NCBI RefSeq assembly: GCF_001194135.2
Contig: NC_068990.1
Span: forward strand, 16,906,870 to 16,960,607
Direction: 5' to 3'
Source: Octopus bimaculoides
Taxonomy: Eukaryota
DNA: 53,738 nucleotides
This document shows positions 25,399-38,387 of this stretch, piece by piece (position 1 is the first letter of the stretch; every line of letters begins with the position of its first letter). The notes under the pieces were generated by a model. It was not told the DNA's origin. It did no database searches and saw only the letters and a list, made by a program, of their open reading frames with translations. Both the position numbers and the translations under genes were made by a program.

Positions 25399-25676
25399 TC
25401 AATGGTTTCTTCCAGTTTGTCTACCAAATCCACTCACAAGGTTTTGGTCAGCTTGAGGCTATAGTATAAGACACTTGCCCAAGGTACCACAACAGTGGGA
25501 CTGAACCTGGAACCATGTGGTTGGGAAGCAGGCTTCTTACCTACCCCACCCCAACAAATATATAGTAATACAAAAGGGATTGTTGCAAGTTATGTAATAT
25601 AATCACATTTGAATTCAACCACGCTGTTGAAACTTGTGATGTTTTAAACTATCCATTCATTTTTGTTTACTATCTA

Positions 25677-25714
<38 letters not shown>

Positions 25715-26448
25715 ATATACACACACACACACACACATATATATATACACACACACACACACATATATACACACACACACATATATATATACACATACAC
25801 ACATATATATATATACACATACACACACACATACATACACAGTGAAGACTAAGTATATTTCATATCTTGCTTTGTGCTTTCAAGGTTTCTCTCTCTCTTT
25901 CCCCCCTCCCACACACTATCCACTCCCCCCACTCACACACTATCCACTCCCCCCCCACTCTCTCTCTCCCTCTCTCTCTCTCCCTCTCTNNNNNNNNNNN
26001 NNNNNNNNNNNNNNNNNNNNNNNNNNNNNNNNNNNNNNNNNNNNNNNNNNNNNNNNNNNNNNNNNNNNNNNNNNNNNNNNNNNNNNNNNNNNNNNNNNNN
26101 NNNNNNNNNNNNNNNNNNNNNNNNNNNNNNNNNNNNNNNNNNNNNNNNNNNNNNNNNNNNNNNNNNNNNNNNNNNNNNNNNNNNNNNNNNNNNNNNNNNN
26201 NNNNNNNNNNNNNNNNNTTCCAGTGTTTAGAGTACACTACAAATATTATCAGTAACTCGGCTCAAGAAATTATTTTCAAAATTGTTTTTCTTCAAGACTT
26301 GCAATTTTTGTTCAGTTTTTTTTAATTTTAAATTTTTATTTTTATTCTTTTTGAAAAGCAATGCTTCTCTCTTTACAGGAACACCAGAGGGTAATGGCTT
26401 AAATATGATATTTATATACATTACTATTTTTTTAATAATAATAGTAAC

Positions 26449-26484
<36 letters not shown>

Positions 26485-26494
<10 letters not shown>

Positions 26495-26977
26495 GTAATC
26501 CTTTCTGCTGAAGGCACAAGACCTCAAATTTGAGGGGTGAGGACTAGTCGATTATATTAGCCCAGTGTTTCACTGGTTCTTAATTAATCAACTAACCCCA
26601 AAAGGGTGAAAGGGAAAGTCGACCTCGGCAGAATTTGATCTCAGAACATAAAGACAGGCAAAATACCACTAAGCATTTTGCCCAGCATGCTAATGATTCG
26701 GCCAGCTTGCCTCCTTAATAATAATTATAATAATGATAATAATAATAATGATGATAATAATAATAATTGTTTCTTTATTAGCCACAATGGCTGACAAAAA
26801 TAAGATTGGACATTACAAGACATGACGATAATAATGATTGCATTCATTTGCCACAAGGGCAAAGGATAAGGGGGACAGACAAAGTGTGGGAGCTTACATA
26901 TAATGAAATGATAAAAAAAAAGGAAGGAAAGAAAGAAATTTAGTATACATGGTATACACTGAAAAAGAAGGGACGTG

Positions 26978-27020
<43 letters not shown>

Positions 27021-27235
27021 GCCTTTCTACTATAGGTACAAGGACAAATTTTGGGGAAAGAGACAAGTCGATTACAGTGGTCCCAGAACTCAAATGGTAC
27101 TTATTTTATTATCACACAAAGCCTGAAATTTGGGGAGAGGGGTTAAATCGATCATACTGACCCCAGTACTTGAGTGGTACTTAATTTATCGAGTCTGAAA
27201 GGATGAAAGGCAAAGTCAACCTCGGCAGAACTGAA
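26485..27235 (-). mobile_element. Cluster of full and partial family D SINEs separated by (AAT)n tracts
   Basis: Copies at about 26485-26717, 26770-26900 and 27020-27235, each bounded by (aat)n. Confidence 0.75.
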
Positions 27236-27268
27236 TATTAATAATAATGATAATGATAATAATGATTT

Positions 27269-27744
27269 ACAAAATACTCCGAGATCTTAACATACAGTGC
27301 GATCAAGTGATAGAGGTGAGGCGGCCAGATATCGTGATCATCCATAACGATGAAAAAGAAGCAAAGATAATAGATGTTGCAATACCAGGTGATTCGAGGG
27401 TGAAATGCAAGGAAATAGAAAAGATTGAGAAATACCAGCCACTGCGGGATGAGACAGGGAAACTATGGGGCATGGGGAAAGTAATGGTGATATATCGGTG
27501 GTAATTGGAGCATCAGGAGCAGTTTCTAAGGGATTTGAAAATCATATTAAGAATATTGGAGCTGCTGTCAGGGTCAAGGTGATCCAGAAGACAGCATTGT
27601 TGGGTACAACTCGCATCCTAAGGAGAGTATTGTCACTTTGAGTCACTGGAGAAGGCACTACATGAAACCTTTGGTGATTTTGTTATTGCCTGCTTTCAAG
27701 TAAAGAATAACCAATAATTAAGAACTATACGAGAGAATTTCACA
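27269..27744 (+). mobile_element. 5'-truncated R4/Dong-clade LINE: REL endonuclease C-terminus plus 3' UTR
   Basis: RRPDIVIIHNDEKEAKIIDVAIPGDSRVKCKEIEKIEKYQPLRDETGKLW, then after one frameshift near 27495 VVIGASGAVSK...IQKTALLGTTRILRRVLSL* (stop 27639-27641). This is the PD-(D/E)xK REL motif of R4/Dong. Flanked by the direct repeat ataataatgattt (27256-27268, 27745-27757). Confidence 0.88.
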
Positions 27745-27757
27745 ATAATAATGATTT

Positions 27758-28329
27758 CAAATTTTGGCACAAGGCCAGCAATTTTGGGGAAAGGATCCCA
27801 GTATTTCATTGGTACTTAATTTATCGACCCTGAAAGGATGACAGGCAAAGTCGACAGGTGAAATGCCACTAAGCATTTTACCTGACGATTCTGTCAGCTC
27901 ACCGCTTTAATAATAATAATAATAAGCATTAACACTTAGCAGCATTTCTTTTGGCTTTGTTCTGAGTTCAAATGCCACTGAGGTCAACTTTGCTTTTTAT
28001 TCTTTCAGGGTCAATGAAATATGTAACAATCAAGCACCGAGGTCAATGGTATTGACTCTACCCCTCCCCTCAAATTTCAGGCCTTGTGCCTCTAGTAGAA
28101 AAGGTTATTATATTCATCATCATCATCAAGGTGGTGAGCTGACAGAATCATTAACATGTCAGACAAAATGTCGAGCATCATCTCTTCCAGTTCTTTACAT
28201 TCTCTGTTCAAATTCTGCCAAGGTCATGTTTACTTTTCATCCTTATGGGGTTGATAAAGTACCAGGTAAGCACTTATGGTCAATGTAATCGATTAACACC
28301 TCCCCTAAGATTTAAAGTCTTGTGTCTAG

Positions 28330-28366
<37 letters not shown>

Positions 28367-28890
28367 ATTATTATTATTATTATTATTATTAAGGTGATGG
28401 GCCGGTAGAATCGTTAGTGCCAACCCGAGGCCCACTGGCTGCATGCGGCTCACAGACTTTTATCTTGCAGCTTGATACTTTCTTGAGGTATTGTGTTTAA
28501 TTTCAAAATAAAATTATTTGTGTAAAACATTTGTTTCAAAATAAATCTAAAATTTATAAGTGGCAATAAAACAATCGCCAACAATTTTATAATTTTAAAC
28601 AAACGAAAAGTATGAAAAATTCTTGATTCTGTAATTTGATTGACTGTCAGTGCATAAAGTATACAAGCGGCCCTCAAAAACCTTTCTGTGTTTAAAGTGA
28701 CCTGCAATGTGATTCAAGTTGGCCAAGCCTGGACTAAATGGTTAGTGTCACTCATTATGGTCTGAGTTCAAATTCTATCAAAGCCAACTTTGCCTCTCAC
28801 CATTTTGAAGTTGAAAAAATAACTAGTTGAGCTCTGTGGTTGACGGAATTGACTATACCCCTTCCACCCACCCCAAAACGTAAGGCCTTG
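27758..28890. mobile_element. Further family D SINE copies in both orientations
   Basis: Minus copy 27758-27908; plus copies at about 27930-28105, 28127-28330, and a split copy 28390-28415/28733-28890. Confidence 0.7.
28415..28731 (+). mobile_element. hAT/Charlie-like MITE inserted in a family D SINE
   Basis: Ends gccaacccgaggccc...gcatgcggctc and gcggccctc...gttggccaagcctg resemble Charlie-type MITE termini. The left TIR is partly lost and no TSD is resolved. Confidence 0.5.
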
Positions 28891-29603
28891 TGACTATAGT
28901 AGAAAGTATCATCATCATCATCAGTAGTAGTAGTAGTAGTAGTAGCAGCAGCAGCAGTAGTAGTAAAGTCACTGAAAGTTTCTTCTTTGGCGTCGGTGAT
29001 ACTACATGCCTGGCAACAACAGCTGTCAATTCATGTCAAGCATTCCTTTATTATAAGACTTCCACAGACAATCTTGTACACTCTCTACACAAGGAATGTC
29101 AACTTGGCACAGGGCCCAATCCAAACCCCATCTCTCTAAGCAGTATTCAGGGTAGGGTTGGAATTCAACATTACACTCTGTCTAAAAACATTTGTGAATA
29201 TGATACATCATTGAACTGCACATTATCATGGTACCTATTTACAGTTAGTTGGATTTTACTGCTTGAGAGATGAGTTTCTTGGCCACAGACACCTCAGCAC
29301 AGTGATAGGTGGGAGGTTATGCACCAATTACTTTTTATTCAGCAATTTGAGATGCTAATTCTTGTTGTTTAGCGCCAAGAAACCTTGATTAAGTACTTAT
29401 GTAATGTAGTAATGCCATCATCATCAATGTTTAATATTTGTATTTCATGATGGCATGGTTGGATGGTATGGCAGGATCTGACTAGCATGATGACTGCACT
29501 GATCTCTAGTCTCTTCTTTGACACAATTTCCATGCCTGCAAACCCTTCCTAACACCAACCACTTTACAGATTATACTGAGTGCTTTTTCCGAGATACAGT
29601 GGT

Positions 29604-29876
29604 TAAAGGGTAAGGGGTAAAGACCCCCTTCAGTCATGAATGACCATGGGATTGAACCTAGAAAATTACCCTCCGAAACACAAGTCCAGGCAAGGTTGTT
29701 TATGGAAGACCAGCAGTCACCTGTGCATACCATGCCTCCCCTCTCCACTCCACCGATGTTATCCAAGGGAAAGGCAAAGGCCAATACAGCTTGGCACCTG
29801 TGATGTCACAATTCATTTCTACAGCTGAGTGAACTGGTGCAACGTGAAATAAAGTGTCTTGCTCAAGAACACAACA
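29604..29876 (-). mobile_element. SINE family C, 5'-truncated
   Basis: Aligns with 24794-25120; tail ggggtctttaccccttaccctttaa. Confidence 0.75.
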
Positions 29877-30278
29877 GTATTGTGATATAGTGGTAATGGG
29901 CCACTAAGGCCCCTTCACAGTGTGTGGGTGCAGAATTAAGGGGGTGGCATTGTGTTAGGTGTTGAGAGGCTAAAGTAGGATTGAGGGCCATGCTGTAGAA
30001 GAGATACATGGGTACCCTAGTAGGAAAAGGAGTAAAATATGGTGGAGATGAGATATCAAGATGCACCCTCAAGGTACATGAATGTGGAAAGAGAGAAAGA
30101 GAGAATAGGAGGGGTTGGGGGCCAGGGAATTGAGGATGGCTGGGTAAGTAGGTAGGAAAGATTAGGTAAAGTGTAGGAGAAGACTGAAGATGCACGGTGA
30201 CAGAGATCAGTTGTGTATAGAGATGAAAGTATACGTTGAGACACAGATGTATATATAAAGAATACTTTATTTACTTAC

Positions 30279-30379
30279 GACAATCACGCCATTCTTTCCA
30301 GAAGTTTCCAAGCTGGCGCCAAACCATTCCTCAGATTTGTTTTCCTCAACCTCCAAAGTTCTGTGATCTACAGAATTAC
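30279..30379 (-). CDS. ITGA: Integrin alpha subunit, internal coding exon (WFGAS exon), 101 nt, phase 1 to phase 0
   Basis: Minus strand reads gcattttccag|GTAATTCT...GTGATTGTC|gtaagt. Translation (G)NSVDHRTLEVEENKSEEWFGASLETSGKNGVIV resembles ITGAV GNRD...KSHQWFGASVRS...KIL and joins in frame to ACAP at 8526. Confidence 0.93.
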
Positions 30380-30523
30380 CTGGAAAATGCAACAATAATA
30401 AATGATGATTTATTTGAGATTTAGTAGTAACTAACTTATAAAAGAATATTTCATTGAGAATGGTGAGAAAGTGTTAGGTCTAGAATTTGCAAAGAGGAGA
30501 ATAGAAATGGATTAAGTACTGAA

Positions 30524-30695
30524 GTATCATCTCATTAGTTTAGTAATGAGGTACCATCTCATTAATTTAGTAATGAAGTACTGTCTCATTAGATTAGTAA
30601 TGAGATACTGTCTCATTAGTCTAGTTATAAGGTACCATCTCATTAATCTAGTTATCAGGTACCATTTCATTGGTCTAGTTATGAGGTACCATCTT
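30524..30695. repeat. 27-bp minisatellite, 6.4 units
   Basis: Units start at 30524, 30551, 30578, 30605, 30632, 30659 and 30686; approximate consensus gtaccatctcattagt(t/c)tagt(a/t)atgag. Confidence 0.92.
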
Positions 30696-30809
30696 ACTGC
30701 CATAGTCACAGAAAGTATCCAAAATTTTGGACACTTATGGTTCTTTGGAGAGGATGACACAATACAGGAGCTGTCATACCACAGTCACAGAAAGAATACT
30801 TACATGCAT

Positions 30810-30842
<33 letters not shown>

Positions 30843-32610
30843 CAATTAATTTTATGTCATGCAAATACAAATCTCATCACAGAAGTAATTGTTACAGAGC
30901 TGAAAGGAAGTCAGGAACTCGGTCACCATTGGCGCTTAGCAATAGCAGTATAGAAACATGTGGGCAAACTTCACAACCACAACCTCATATATGTATGTAC
31001 ATATATATATATACACATATATATATATACATATATATACATACATTCATGCTATATATATATTTTTTCCTTGCCTTCCTTAATTGGGGAAAGAATTTTT
31101 GTTCTGATAGTGAGATGATGGAATAGAAATTAGGAAAGAAGGATGATTGTATTTTTAAACCATGTGCCTGACATTTTCTGCAACAACCATTGCTGGCTGT
31201 TGCTGACAGCACCAGCGCCATCTGTTCCAGTATTATTATTAGTATCATCAACACCCACCCAGACCAGCCTACTAGACTTTATCATTCAATTGCTACCACC
31301 ACCACTACAACTACTACTACTACTACTACTACTATAACCACTACTACTACGATTATAACCACCACCACTACTGCTACCACCAATGCCTTATTGATATTGA
31401 GATCAATAGAATAAACAGTAATGTACTGGGATCAATTTAATTACCTAATTCCCTCACACCAAATTTCTAACCTTGTGCCCTAATTTAGAAGCAATTACTA
31501 CTACTATTACTACTGCTGCTGCTACTTAGATGCTGAGAGTGACCTACCTTAACTTCGTCTTTTTAAACCTGCCACCATTAGCATTTTTAACACAACCACT
31601 ACTGTCACCACCACCACCGCCACCGCCGCCACCACCACTGCTGCCGCCACCACCACCACCACCACCACTTTTACCCTAACCGTTGCTATCAACTCCACCA
31701 CTGTTGCAGCTATTGAACAACAACAAAGTATTCTTTAATGAACCAATGAAGGAGCCTCTATCAGGTCATTTGAGAGGCTAGAAATAATAGTCAAAATCAT
31801 TTTTGAATCATGCCCTATTATGTTAAAAAGTAAAATGACACTGATTAATGTTGCCTGGGTTACATGATGCAACCCGTCCCCCCACAAAAAAGAAAAACAT
31901 ATAGAAAGGTCATAGCTGGATTGACTTTGTCTTTAAGACAGTAATCAAAGTTGAAATGGGAGTTAAACAACAAAAACAATGGCAATTCTTGATGTTATAA
32001 AAAGGTGAGGTAAGGGATATCCGTGAAATGGATCGATGATGAATTTATGTAATCCATGTGGATCAGGAATTCTCAAACCTTTCTGGAAGGGATTTGGCCA
32101 TACCCTGAGTGAGGAATTAGTGTGGAATGGCTAGATACCACAGAACAGATAACAGTAGATATGCATTCATGATTGTCATCGTTTTTGGCATCCATTTTGC
32201 TATGCCTTCATAAGTCAGAGGAATTTGTTGACGCAGATTTCCTTCAGCTGGATGCCTTTACTGTCACCAACCCTCAACTGTTTCTGAGTACAGCAATATT
32301 TCCCCATGGCCAGACATGTTTCTAAGTAAGACTGGAGACAAAGGACACCACTTATATAAAGGTTTCAAATTTTGGCACAAGGCCAGCAATTGCAGGGGAA
32401 GGTTTAAGTTGATTATATGGACCCCAGTTCTCAACTGGTACTTATTTGATCTACCTTGTAACGATGAAAGGCAAAATCGACCTCGGTGGAATTTGAATTC
32501 AGAATTTAAAGATGGATGAAATGCTAGCGAGCATTTTGCCTGGGGCGCAAACGATTGTGCCAGCTTGCCATCTTACAATACTTATGCAATGATAATGTTC
32601 ATTTATATTT

Positions 32611-33617
32611 AAGAATAGCCTGGGCAAAGTTTAGAGAGCTCTTACCCCTGCTGGCGACAAAGGGACTCTCACTCAGAGTAAAAGGCAGACTGTATGACGC
32701 ATGCGTACGAACAACCATGCTACATGGCAGTGAAACATGGGCTGTAACTGCTGAGGACATACGTAAGCTCGCAAGGAATGAAGCCAGTATGCTCCGTTGG
32801 ATGTGTAATGTCAATGTGAATACCCGTCAGAGTGTAAGTATCTTGAGAGAAAAGCTGAACATTAGAAGCATCAGTTGTGGCGTGCAAGAGAGACGATTGC
32901 GCTGGTATGGACATGTGGTGAGAATGGNNNNNNNNNNNNNNNNNNNNNNNNNNNNNNNNNNNNNNNNNNNNNNNNNNNNNNNNNNNNNNNNNNNNNNNNN
33001 NNNNNNNNNNNNNNNNNNNNNNNNNNNNNNNNNNNNNNNNNNNNNNNNNNNNNNNNNNNNNNNNNNNNNNNNNNNNNNNNNNNNNNNNNNNNNNNNNNNN
33101 NNNNNNNNNNNNNNNNNNNNNNNNNNNNNNNNNNNNNNNNNNNNNNNNNNNNNNNNNNNNNNNNNNNNNNNNNNNNNNNNNNNNNNNNNNNNNNNNNNNN
33201 NNNNNNNNNNNNNNNNNNNNNNNNNNNNNNNNNNNNNNNNNNNNNNNNNNNNNNNNNNNNNNNNNNNNNNNNNNNNNNNNNNNNNNNNNNNNNNNNNNNN
33301 NNNNNNNNNNNNNNNNNNNNNNNNNNNNNNNNNNNNNNNNNNNNNNNNNNNNNNNNNNNNNNNNNNNNNNNNNNNNNNNNNNNNNNNNNNNNNCACCATT
33401 TCGAGCGTGGCCGTTTTCGTGCGGGTGACACGTAAAAGCACCCACTACACTCTCTGAGTGGTTGGCGTTAGGAAGGGCATCCAGCTGTAGAAACTCTGCC
33501 AAATCGGACTGGAGCCTGGTGTTGCCATCCGGTTTCACCAGTCCTCAGTCAAATCGTCCAACCCATGCTAGCATGGAAAGCGGACGTTAAACGATGATGA
33601 TGATGATGATGATGATG
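32611..33617 (+). mobile_element. Young 5'-truncated RTE-clade LINE, middle in N-gap 32928-33393
   Basis: Uninterrupted frame AWAKFRELLPLLATKGLSLRVKGRLYDACVRTTMLHGSETW...EASMLRWMC...ERRLRWYGHVVRM is the typical RTE C-terminal domain. The 3' UTR and (GAT)n follow the gap. Confidence 0.9.
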
Positions 33618-36023
33618 TTGAGATAAGGTGACACAAATGCATTCATATTTGATGAGTTCAGTTTCCATCTACAAAATCCACTCACAAGGCTTCAGTCAGC
33701 CTGGGGCTATAGTAGAAGACACTTGCTATAGTAGAAGAAATGCAGTGGTACTGAACCTAAAACCATGTAGTTTGGAAGCAAACATCTTAACAACACAGCT
33801 ATGCCTTTTATTGGTTAATAAAACCATTGTTACTAATGCTATCAACAAAACTACATCCTGACTATACAACCATGGCTACCACCACCAACACCAAAACCAA
33901 ATACAATGGAGTTGATTTACTAGAAATAGCAGCAATAAATCCCATCTTACAAACTTAGAGAATATGTAGGACAACTGGATAAAATAGTGGTTTGTATACA
34001 TTCGTTTCTACTCTAGGCACAAGGCCCGAAATTTTAGGGCAGGGGGCCAGTCGATTAGGTCAACCCCAGTACACAACTGGTACTTAAGTTATTGACCGCC
34101 GAAAGGATGAAAGGCACATTTGGCCTCAGTGGAATTTGAACTCAGAACATAAAGACAGACGAAATATCGCTAAGCATTCCACCCGGCATGCTAATGTTTC
34201 TGCCAGCTCACCGCCTTTGTATACATTGAAGACAGGCTGATCATGGATGGAATTCCTTTTTATCATCATATGTCTGCTTTTTCATTACTGTCCAAGGGCT
34301 AAACAGCTATAATGTCTTATTCACTGATCTAAGAAAAGAGCCTTCACAGGGTTGTTCAATTTGCTAAAAATAGCAGTTAAAACTCCCTTTAAACCACATT
34401 TTGCCATCAAGAGAAAAGAAGAAAAAAGAAGTCCAAGATATACAATGCTTGAGTGAAGGAAATATGGCTGGAACACTCTTGATCATGGGCCTGCTCAGTC
34501 AAGGCTGACCTGGGGTTAAATATCAACATTATTATTCTGACTAATGCCAACAACAGCCTCATGTTATTGCAACAACAACAACAACAACCACCACCACCAC
34601 CACCACCATCACCACCACTATGATGATGATAACAGTAGGTTGTCTTTACTACAAGCACTAATAACACTAGTTTTACTATCACTGTCACAAGCCCATATAA
34701 GTGAACACACACACACACGCACACACACACACACACACACGCACACACATATGCATACATACAGGGGCACACAAGACATTTATTGTTTGAGAGAGAGAGA
34801 GAGAGAGAGTAGTAGTAGTAGTAAAGCATTGGTGTTCAATGGTTTTGTGGGACAGACAAACTGTTGTATTTCCACAAACAATATGTGCACACATATGAAC
34901 ATTTCACACACATAAACATGCACACATAAAAACACACACACATACACATACATGTATACACTCACCTATACACACACATATTCACACACACACTCACACA
35001 TATAATAACAATGCTATAACACGGTTCATATTCTGCTTGCTAGCCTATTCCATGGTTTTATTGAGGGACCAACAATTGAGCCTGAACTTTGGTTATGCAT
35101 CATGCTTCACAGCACATATATATTCTGTGCGTGTGTGTATGTGTGAGTTTTCTTGTCTTTTCATTGCATGTAACTATTGTAAACGAGTGTCACTGTCATA
35201 CAGGCAGTGTTGTTCATTTCTTCTAAGAAAACATGTCTGGCTAAGGAGAAGTAATACTTTGCTAAGAAACGAGAAGGTTGGCAACAGAAACAACAGACAA
35301 CCATAGAAAATCTGCCTCAATGAATTCTGCCTGAACCATTCAAGCATAGAAAAGTGTACAGTAAAACTATTATTACTATGCTGCTGCTGATGATGGTGAT
35401 GATGAGACATGCTGTGACAGACAGACAAACACACACATGCACTTTACATTGAAACATAATAAGGCCACCCACCCAAGAGAGAATTATAAAAATAATGAAA
35501 ACTGAAAAAAGTAACAAAATTTCTAAAACATAAAAGCGATTATATATGTAGAACCCTAATTTACAAATTGAAATTAAGATAAACATTTAAAATACTCCCT
35601 GGCCCCACTCATCCTACCTCACTGCTGCATCCCAAATAGAAATATCTAAAAAAATGAAAAGAAAGTTAAAGCTGGATATAAACTAAAGAGGGCGTAGAGA
35701 ATTTAGGGCACAGTAATTGAAGACAACAGAACAATGATGTTGATGAGGAGAAAAATAATGATGATGATTGCTATGGCCATAATGATAATAATGTTGCCTT
35801 CATAGGAGAGGGTGAAGGCAAATAGACTAAATAAAGTACATACAGATTAAATTCTTCTTCTCAAATTTGGGGCTTCCACCTATGGTAGAAACCCTTAAGA
35901 AAATGGAGGTGGTGGTGGTGGTGGTGGCGGGTGGTAGATTAGAAAAATTGGTAGGGTCTGAATATAACCCTTTATATCCAGAGTTCAAATGCTGTTATGT
36001 TCAAATTTATCCTGATAGTCCCT

Positions 36024-36054
<31 letters not shown>

Positions 36055-38387
36055 CCGTCATCATCATCATCACCGTCATCATCATCATCATCAAGATTTA
36101 ATGTCTGTTTTTCATGCCGGCATGGGTTGGATGGTTTAACAGGAGCTGGTAAGCTGGAGAGCAGCACCAGGCTCCAATTGTCTGTATTGGCATGGTTTCT
36201 ATGGCTGGATAGCCTTCCTAACACCAACCACTTTACAGAGTGTATGTACTGCGTGATTTTCACAATGCACCAGCACTAGCAGAGTCACCATGAAACTTGT
36301 AAGATTATAGAGGAGAAAGCAAGTGTAATACCTTCTCACTCTCTCTCAAAAGCACATAGACACGTAAAATCTAACAAAAGGTAGCTCTTGTTGCTCTTTT
36401 TTTAAACCTGATTACTGCAGAAGTAAGCTAATATCTACTCGAAATTTCATTACTGTTAACTGTGGAAAATAGTTTTATAGACTATTTTATCTTTTGTTGA
36501 AGAGTGTCAGATTTGAAACGATTGTTTTGTTCAGATATTCAAGTTTATTTAGGCAGTATGATTTGAAGAAATACAAATTCTAGTTTTTGGCAGATATTTC
36601 ACATCATTACTGGAATAACAATGGAATTTAATCTTATAGTTAAAGGGTTAATAGAAAAACAAACTGAAGCAACATACAACATCACTTGAAAGTTTATAAT
36701 TATAATCTGGCAGGACAGAAAAAAATAAATCACACACACACACTAAAATCCCCCCCCCCCCCGACAGTTAGAACAACAATAGTATATAGCTATTGTTACT
36801 GAACATGAAAGGAAAAACTAAAATAATTAAGGAAAAATATGCATTTGTGATTAAGACAGTGTGTGTGTATTTCTGTCTACCAGAGACTCTCCATTTAAGA
36901 TCTTTGACAAAAGCAATGGGTGTTCTGTAGCCATCAGTAAAACATCTATTCATGTCTGGTATAAGAAAACCCTAGCTAAGTTACCTGCTGATATCTCCCT
37001 CTTTCTCTCTCTCTCTTATGTTTTAGATTAGAAGGTTCATGACATATCTTTTCCTTTCAATGTGTACTCAAGAGGCTGTCTCTTGAGTACATGCACTGGT
37101 ATACAGGCTGCTTCAAGTGCATAAAATAATTTAATTCTGGCTAAATTTCACACAAATTTATAAATGTTTTGTTCACTGAGTTCTATATTGGGACAAACAT
37201 GAGTATTATTATGATAACTAACTGATTCTCCTATATTATATATATATATATACACACTTACGATGGGCTTCCTCCAGTTTCCATCTACCAAATCTACTCA
37301 CAAGGTTTTGGTCAGCCCAAAGCTATAGTAGAAAAAACTTGCCCAAGGTACCATGCAGTGGGACTGAACCTGGAACCTTGTGGTTGGGAAGCAAGCTTCT
37401 TTCCACAAAGCCACCACCGCACCTATATATATATATATATATATATATATNNNNNNNNNNNNNNNNNNNNNNNNNNNNNNNNNNNNNNNNNNNNNNNNNN
37501 NNNNNNNNNNNNNNNNNNNNNNNNNNNNNNNNNNNNNNNNNNNNNNNNNNNNNNNNNNNNNNNNNNNNNNNNNNNNNNNNNNNNNNNNNNNNNNNNNNNN
37601 NNNNNNNNNNNNNNNNNNNNNNNNNNNNNNNNNNNNNNNNNNNNNNNNNNNNNNNNNNNNNNNNNNNNNNNNNNNNNNNNNNNNNNNNNNNNNNNNNNNN
37701 NNNNNNNNNNNNNNNNNNNNNNNNNNNNNNNNNNNNNNNNNNNNNNNNNNNNNNNNNNNNNNNNNNNNNNNNNNNNNNNNNNNNNNNNNNNNNNNNNNNN
37801 NNNNNNNNNNNNNNNNNNNNNNNNNNNNNNNNNNNNNNNNNNNNNNNNNNNNNNNNNNNNNNNNNNNNNNNNNNNNNNNNNNNNNNNNNNNNNNNNNNNN
37901 NNNNNNNNNNNNNNNNNNNNNNNNNNNNNNNNNNNNNNNNNNNNNNNNNNNNNNNNNNNNNNNNNNNNNNNNNNNNNNNNNNNNNNNNNNNNNNNNNNNN
38001 NNNNNNNNNNNNNNNNNNNNNNNNNNNNNNNNNNNNNNNNNNNNNNNNNNNNNNNNNNNNNNNNNNNNNNNNNNNNNNNNNNNNNNNNNNNNNNNNNNNN
38101 NNNNNNNNNNNNNNNNNNNNNNNNNNNNNNNNNNNNNNNNNNNNNNNNNNNNNNNNNNNNNNNNNNNNNNNNNNNNNNNNNNNNNNNNNNNNNNNNNNNN
38201 NNNNNNNNNNNNNNNNNNNNNNNNNNNNNNNNNNNNNNNNNNNNNNNNNNNNNNNNNNNNNNNNNNNNNNNNNNNNNNNNNNNNNNNNNNNNNNNNNNNN
38301 NNNNNNNNNNNNNNNNNNNNNNNNNNNNNNNNNNNNNNNNNNNNNNNNNNNNNNNNNNNNNNNNNNNNNNNNNNNNNNNNNNNNNNN

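Larger units (their letters stand above)
8527..30278 (-). other. GT-AG phase-0 intron (21,752 bp) of the integrin alpha gene
   Basis: Donor gtaagt ends at 30278 and acceptor ttccag at 8527. The spliced junction reads ...GVIV|ACAP..., the position where vertebrate ITGA5/ITGAV also have an intron. Confidence 0.85.

Noticed and set aside
30524-30695. CRISPR-like appearance of the 27-bp palindromic repeat
   Set aside because: Units are head-to-tail with no unique spacers, there are no cas genes, and the context is a eukaryotic intron.
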